Shown here: one piece after another, positions 60,401-64,000 of the stretch
Layout: each line of letters begins with the position of its first letter
How positions within the stretch are numbered: position 1 is the stretch's first letter
DNA from: a virus
Taxonomy: Duplodnaviria > Caudoviricetes
IMG/VR virus record: IMGVR_UViG_3300028886_000042
DNA: 64,000 nucleotides
Strand: one strand, 5' to 3'
Notes under the pieces: generated by a model
Database searches by the model: none
The model's input: the letters and a program-made list of their open reading frames with translations, nothing else
Told to the model about the DNA's origin: nothing
Position numbers and translations under genes: made by a program

Positions 60401-63400
60401 TCAGAATGGGTAAGAAACCGTTCTATTATGACGGTGCCAGAAAATTTCCGCGTTATGAGAATTCATTCTATTTCTATTTCGGATTAACAGTCGGAAAAAC
60501 AGCGATAGACAAGTTCAACAACCTCTTTTTCGCTGAGTGTTACAACCCACAAGAAGCCGTAAGTCCCATCGCCATTGAGACATTAGGCAACACGTGGTGT
60601 TCCGAGGCAGATATCACGGATATATATAATGAGAAGAATGACGGCTATGTTAAAATAGACCTGTCAAACATTGAACGTCCGTGTGATATCATAATACAGG
60701 ACAAGAACAGCAAATTTCAGATTAATTTCGATAATGTAATAAACGAGAAGATTATACTCTCAAACAAGGACAGTGAAGGGTGGACGAGAAAATGCATACA
60801 GTCAAAGGATGAGCATGACATTCTCAGAAGCATGTGTGCCTTGGACAACGGAAACTACACAATGACCGTAACTGACAGCAGCGGTGAGATTACCGTTGCG
60901 GACTTTGATTTGATGTCACCCTATCTTAAATTCGAATATATAAGCACACCGTTCAAGTTCCCGTATAATGTGCTTGTTACAAGATACGAGGGTGAATTAA
61001 CAGAGGAACAGTACCTTAAGAAGATAGCCGAAGACAAGGACGGTGTCGATTCGACTGAAAAAACACTGAATACGAGAACAATCGGTGGTACTATTACTTT
61101 GGAAAATGTCGTTGACAGTCTTGAAAACACGGCTTTGGAGTCATATAACATCAATATCACATCAAGCAGTAAGATACCACACTGGTTCAACGGCCTAAAC
61201 AGCAGTACAGGTTCAAGTGAAACAGAGGAAACAGGTGAAAACTTCATTCTGGACATTGAGGTAAGATATGATTCGGAAACTAAAACCTGGGCTGTGGATA
61301 ACCCGTCCGATTATTGGCTGAATGCCGAAAACTACACTGAATCAGGCGGAAGAAGGATAAGCGGTACACAGTTCAAGTTCATAATCGGCGTACCGAAGGG
61401 TGATGAGAGATATAAGGTAACGGTTACACAGTATTGTCCTGTTGAAAACGGACAGGGTACGGTTGAGTTTTACAAAACGAACAATACTTACACGGAAACT
61501 GTATTTGTCAGTGATGTTGTTCCCTACAAACTGTATATAAACGATATAATCGATTATGAGGTTATCAGTCACTGGGGTTCCGGTTACAAGTTGGAGAATA
61601 TAAAGGACAAAACGGGTACTGTAACAAAGATAAAACTTGTCAGCAATAACACACCGTCCTCATTTGACAGAAATTCATTCAGTGATAACTGGCTTAACAT
61701 ATCTGATTTTGACGGTAAGAACGGTGATACTTACAGGTACAAATGGGATAAACTGGTATCATATCAGAAAGCACTGAAATCATTAAACAACGGATTAAAG
61801 GAGGGTTTATATTCCGGTATCTATGATGATTTCACTTATAAGATTAAGACATTAGGTGAAATACAACAGATTAATCCGAGAGTTACGGATGCTATATATA
61901 ATATGTTTGCAAAGGAAGTGCTGCCTGATACATATGAAGGTTTCGAGGAGGCAGTACCTGATGCAGATACATTATATAAGGAGTATTATAATGCCGGAAC
62001 ATATCAGATTAAGACATTACCCCAAATACAGCAGATTAATTCATCTGTAACACAGGAGATATATAACACATTCCCTGCTACGGTTTCAGCAGAAGAATAC
62101 AATAGTTTGGATAATATACCTGATGCTAATGTCATATACAAAGCATATTATAATGAGAGTCATGTGGACAAGTATTATGAATACAAGGTAATAGAGACTT
62201 ACAGCATATTCCATGAAGCTGTCTATGATGAAGCAGGAAATGAAATAGAACCTGCATATTACGAGACTAAAGTCGTAAATGAAGATGGTTTTACATGCAA
62301 AGGTTTCCCTCTACGTGATGTTGAAGGCTTCAAGCGTTATATATACAGAATGGATGAAATGGCAGATACGTTACTTAAGACAAAAAGGTTAAGTGACGGT
62401 AATACATGTGTATTCATTGAAGGCATACTGACAAATGACATACTTAACGACCATATTTCATTCATAAGTGAAACTGACAGTAACAGGGATTCTATTATAG
62501 ATTTCCTTTATAAGATTAAGAATGCACTGGCTAATGACGAGAATATTGAGGCAAGGGACATTGCAGATACATGTGACACAGTAATCGAGGCTTGTGAACG
62601 TATTCTTGAAATAAAGGCAGAATTCATTTCGGAAATGAAGAATGCATTTTGGAAAACCTGTCCTGATGAAGAGAAGAGAGTCAAGTTCAAGGCAGTTACG
62701 GAAGATATGCCGGTTGCATTCTATATAGCACATCGTTCTGAAAAGAGTGTTGAGGAAGGTAGTGGAAATACCCTTGAATACGGTGATGCCAGAACACTTA
62801 CCTATTCATTCAATCTTGAACGTGACATTGACAATATAACAATACCGTCAATCAGTTATACATCAAGTAAGAACTACGGTGCTTATAGAGACAGAGAAGA
62901 CAGCTACATGGTTGACACCGTCAATTATCCGAATGTCTGTCTGGCACTTGATAACAGTTCACCGTTCCGCGACAAGCAGAAATATGCATTCTTTGTAGGT
63001 GTAATAAATTCATCTGAACAGAGGGTGAACAAACTAAATAAGGAAGAACCGATACCGTTCGGTGATACAGTACCGGTTGGTATTAAGAATAATGCTGCAA
63101 ATTCAAATACAAGCAGACTTTTCGGATTCCATGTCATTGACAAGGTAATGGAACTGAAACTTATAAGTTGGGCTGCATTCAACGGAATACCCTACTATAA
63201 TCCGAGGAATACGGTAAATGATAAATATGTCACTGACATTGACAAGGTAGGAAGGACAGTTGACATGTGCGGTCTGCTGTCAGGTAAGATATACAACGGA
63301 GTGATAAGTTCTATTGTATACGGTGAAAATAGTCGTAATATAGGCAGTACATTCTTCGAGTCACAGAATGTAGGAAGATTCGATATGGAGATAGCAACTC

Positions 63401-64000
63401 CTATGACTTATAAATCCAGGACTTCTTCCTCAGCAGAACTGGTTGACATAAACAATACCGAGGATTCACTGCCGACTTACAGATTCATTTCGGGTTCTAC
63501 TAATGCTGATAAATCGTATTATTCATGGGATAACTATTACACTGACGAAAATAATGTATTCTCAGATACAAAATCAGCAGGCGGTAAAACGAGACAATAC
63601 ATACCGCTTCTACCGGCAACAGTATCACTGAACATTACTGATACGAGTTTCTGTAATATGACAAAGGAAATATACGGAGGTATGTCTGTTGTATTACGTG
63701 ACAATAGCGTGAATAACTGTGACCATAAGGATAAAAGTATCTTAAGTGTTACTATTTCAGGCGGGCCTACTGAAGGTGTTGTATATTTCGGTTATCATGC
63801 ATATAGTTCAAATGAAGATGGTAAATATTTAGATATTAATCTTATATGCCGACAGAAGGCAGGTGTTGACACTCTGAACTATCCGTTGAACTTCGTACCG
63901 ATAAAGGGGTTTGATGAAGAAGGAAAAGAAAATGCATTCAATGTACTTGACATAGGTGAACTTCGGAATAAATACGATGAAGGTACATTTATGAACTGCA
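57430..64000 (+). CDS. Giant (>2190 aa, 3'-partial) Cys-rich protein with transthyretin/CarboxypepD-reg-like N-domain and internal hydrophobic segments; absent from ORF track
   Basis: ATG overlaps previous stop (TGATG); MADNCKSYRIRTNVG...; sampled segments read in frame, and no closed ORF is reported in this frame, implying it is open to the edge. Confidence 0.85.
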   Translation, partial: MADNCKSYRIRTNVGQDTPNVINVKLDQTYDEFQILSLKIEEENAYKLYQSEKGVVVGRVLANGGVGVSNAKVSVFIKSEDGMDIKDMILYPYKSVTDTNDDSVRYNLLPDFIDETCHQIVGTFPNKRLVLDNEDVIEIFDKYWKYTTVTNSSGDYMLYGIPVGEQTMHMDVDLSDIGFLSQKPRDLVYKGYNINLFENPNKFKQDTNLNSLAQIKSQDKSVYVYPFWGDTSTDNSNDIAVTRCDFQIDYKFEPTCIFMGSIITDTGSNAIGKNCSSTDNAGKMSDLVSGEGSIEMIRKTIDNKVEEFQVKGNRVIDGDGVWCYQIPMNLDYVMTDEFGNLVPTDNPDKGIPTRTRVRFRISLSDNPADSAARKRCKYLVPNNPRFDEKLYPEFTADKMHEPDYEFGTNTREESYCDLFWNKVYTVKNYIPRLQKNNRITNRKHTGIKLINHYGSNNPMPYNNLSVKLSFLYRFICVLVTIFIMLVGFLNNIISILGAIPCQIARFFRAIASIFIWPIKFLGYPFKAAAAVFDLLTPPCIAISSEFCSEDVTHPYTFYPGCGMKGLAYVLGPLAECVWDKTRDNHFEDMESVPQEDRTYPTNNEGELYNCVESQLANDNDVTSFNFHNDWINGTLYAPMWFRKVEAKKTYFFGLVKRKSKDEWCSVDHPYNGLLRLFQPCSVKRNASKSYTSHEGNTQTAYYMGSNPECDRDCHDTKTTVGLNNGLIKSKDSMLGQTIYYYRPFEIEKGNNNLMTDGVDGTLKLLFATDIVLLGSLNDCDLNGVPQFFKHLESSTFKLPTNMLFADNNMIQKFNEDGTLSTEYDLVSKSEMTGNDWGNSNADMCGEPDTGLFYSVGCSTIEMRPKSCINLQRICEFGVSLDESKEIPTNIAYVESGGDSVFETLRPDGYISKDELYNIDERSMFATMNGNELQTKVNIENGLKEYDFRHLYVDNFDNSLYDSMRMRQKRCGDYSYRNNFNLEEFSPGYYDFRMGKKPFYYDGARKFPRYENSFYFYFGLTVGKTAIDKFNNLFFAECYNPQEAVSPIAIETLGNTWCSEADITDIYNEKNDGYVKIDLSNIERPCDIIIQDKNSKFQINFDNVINEKIILSNKDSEGWTRKCIQSKDEHDILRSMCALDNGNYTMTVTDSSGEITVADFDLMSPYLKFEYISTPFKFPYNVLVTRYEGELTEEQYLKKIAEDKDGVDSTEKTLNTRTIGGTITLENVVDSLENTALESYNINITSSSKIPHWFNGLNSSTGSSETEETGENFILDIEVRYDSETKTWAVDNPSDYWLNAENYTESGGRRISGTQFKFIIGVPKGDERYKVTVTQYCPVENGQGTVEFYKTNNTYTETVFVSDVVPYKLYINDIIDYEVISHWGSGYKLENIKDKTGTVTKIKLVSNNTPSSFDRNSFSDNWLNISDFDGKNGDTYRYKWDKLVSYQKALKSLNNGLKEGLYSGIYDDFTYKIKTLGEIQQINPRVTDAIYNMFAKEVLPDTYEGFEEAVPDADTLYKEYYNAGTYQIKTLPQIQQINSSVTQEIYNTFPATVSAEEYNSLDNIPDANVIYKAYYNESHVDKYYEYKVIETYSIFHEAVYDEAGNEIEPAYYETKVVNEDGFTCKGFPLRDVEGFKRYIYRMDEMADTLLKTKRLSDGNTCVFIEGILTNDILNDHISFISETDSNRDSIIDFLYKIKNALANDENIEARDIADTCDTVIEACERILEIKAEFISEMKNAFWKTCPDEEKRVKFKAVTEDMPVAFYIAHRSEKSVEEGSGNTLEYGDARTLTYSFNLERDIDNITIPSISYTSSKNYGAYRDREDSYMVDTVNYPNVCLALDNSSPFRDKQKYAFFVGVINSSEQRVNKLNKEEPIPFGDTVPVGIKNNAANSNTSRLFGFHVIDKVMELKLISWAAFNGIPYYNPRNTVNDKYVTDIDKVGRTVDMCGLLSGKIYNGVISSIVYGENSRNIGSTFFESQNVGRFDMEIATPMTYKSRTSSSAELVDINNTEDSLPTYRFISGSTNADKSYYSWDNYYTDENNVFSDTKSAGGKTRQYIPLLPATVSLNITDTSFCNMTKEIYGGMSVVLRDNSVNNCDHKDKSILSVTISGGPTEGVVYFGYHAYSSNEDGKYLDINLICRQKAGVDTLNYPLNFVPIKGFDEEGKENAFNVLDIGELRNKYDEGTFMNC

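Noticed and set aside
525-63182. Many short antisense or alternate-frame ORFs in the track (e.g. 525..785, 22733..23404, 24512..25150, 40754..41212, all from 57697 on)
   Set aside because: Shadows of longer, motif-bearing genes on the other strand or frame
1-64000. Stop-codon reassignment (TAG to Gln, as in Lak and some crAss-like phages)
   Set aside because: Long genes are intact in code 11 and TAG ends plausible genes at 19179, 21994, 46969 and 50050
1-64000. tRNA/rRNA genes, integrase, reverse transcriptase/DGR
   Set aside because: No cloverleaf, rRNA-like tract or corresponding protein motifs recognised by eye

Overview
A 64-kb, AT-rich, gene-dense segment of a large contractile-tailed (myovirus-type, probably jumbo) phage read in the standard genetic code. 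The host is inferred to be an anaerobic Bacteroidota member, from many TTTG-N19-20-TAnnTTTG promoters, A-rich leaders without Shine-Dalgarno sequences, and NrdDG. The window holds T4-like morphogenesis genes (neck gp13/gp14, terminator gp15, sheath, an oppositely oriented tube, two gp26-like genes, tape measure, baseplate hub/wedge) and a >2190-aa ORF running off the right edge that the ORF track misses. A replication/recombination block (SSB, TK, RecA/UvsX, 5'-3' exonuclease, DnaB-like helicase, NrdDG) is interleaved with them. Most notable: (1) a late-promoter-like motif (ATATTTATA, the reverse complement of the T4 late box) that also precedes a ~180-nt structured non-coding segment with 6S-RNA-like architecture; (2) four free-standing zinc-finger-array nucleases, three fused to a GNAT/Mom-like domain; (3) metalloprotease-, kinase- and ADP-ribosyltransferase-like proteins sharing an (I/L)-x-E N-terminal leader suggestive of capsid packaging; (4) a palindrome/direct-repeat intergenic region that may be an origin; (5) apparent strong GATC avoidance. 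All family assignments come from motifs recognised by eye; no searches were run.
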